Below are positions 34,579 through 34,743 of a stretch of DNA of 34,743 bases, piece by piece. Source of the stretch: Octopus bimaculoides (lineage: Eukaryota); contig NC_068988.1 of NCBI RefSeq assembly GCF_001194135.2, forward strand, positions 23,154,517 through 23,189,259, given 5' to 3'. Under the pieces are notes generated by a model, which did no database searches, was not told the origin of the DNA, and worked only from the letters and a program-made list of their open reading frames with translations. Position 1 is the stretch's first letter, and each line of letters starts with the position of its first letter. The position numbers and the translations under genes are program-made.

Positions 34579-34743
34579 CATCTGTCATCATCAATCAATG
34601 ATTCAATGTCCATAATCATTATATTGGGATGGGTTGGACTACACACACACACACACACACACGCATATATATTTATACATACAACAAACGTACGCACACA
34701 CACACACACACACACGCATATATATTTATACATACAACAAACG

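Overview
AT-rich eukaryotic genomic DNA from a gapped short-read assembly (eight N-runs), not prokaryotic or viral. I recognise the repeat families from memory as octopus-type, so the source is probably a coleoid cephalopod of the genus Octopus; this is an inference and was not database-checked. Most of the window is microsatellite plus copies of four interspersed families that I label locally. Family A is a tRNA-like SINE that is sometimes dimeric. Family B is a tRNA/CORE-like SINE with a central TA/TG tract. Family C carries ~65-bp internal repeats and a (GAT)n tail. Family D is a tRNA-Arg-like SINE. None of the supplied ORFs looks like a real gene on its own. The best coding signal is four short minus-strand exon candidates (30489-30440, 30017-29926, 22663-22607, 17687-17635). 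They have GTRAG donors and splice in phase into an 84-aa stop-free peptide that I cannot name, so the window may be mostly intron of an unidentified gene. Other notable items: a 67-bp-arm fold-back hairpin, a hAT-like MITE, a SINE tail shared with a putative LINE 3' end, insertions into microsatellites, and close inverted repeats that could form dsRNA. I found no convincing novel multi-gene system.
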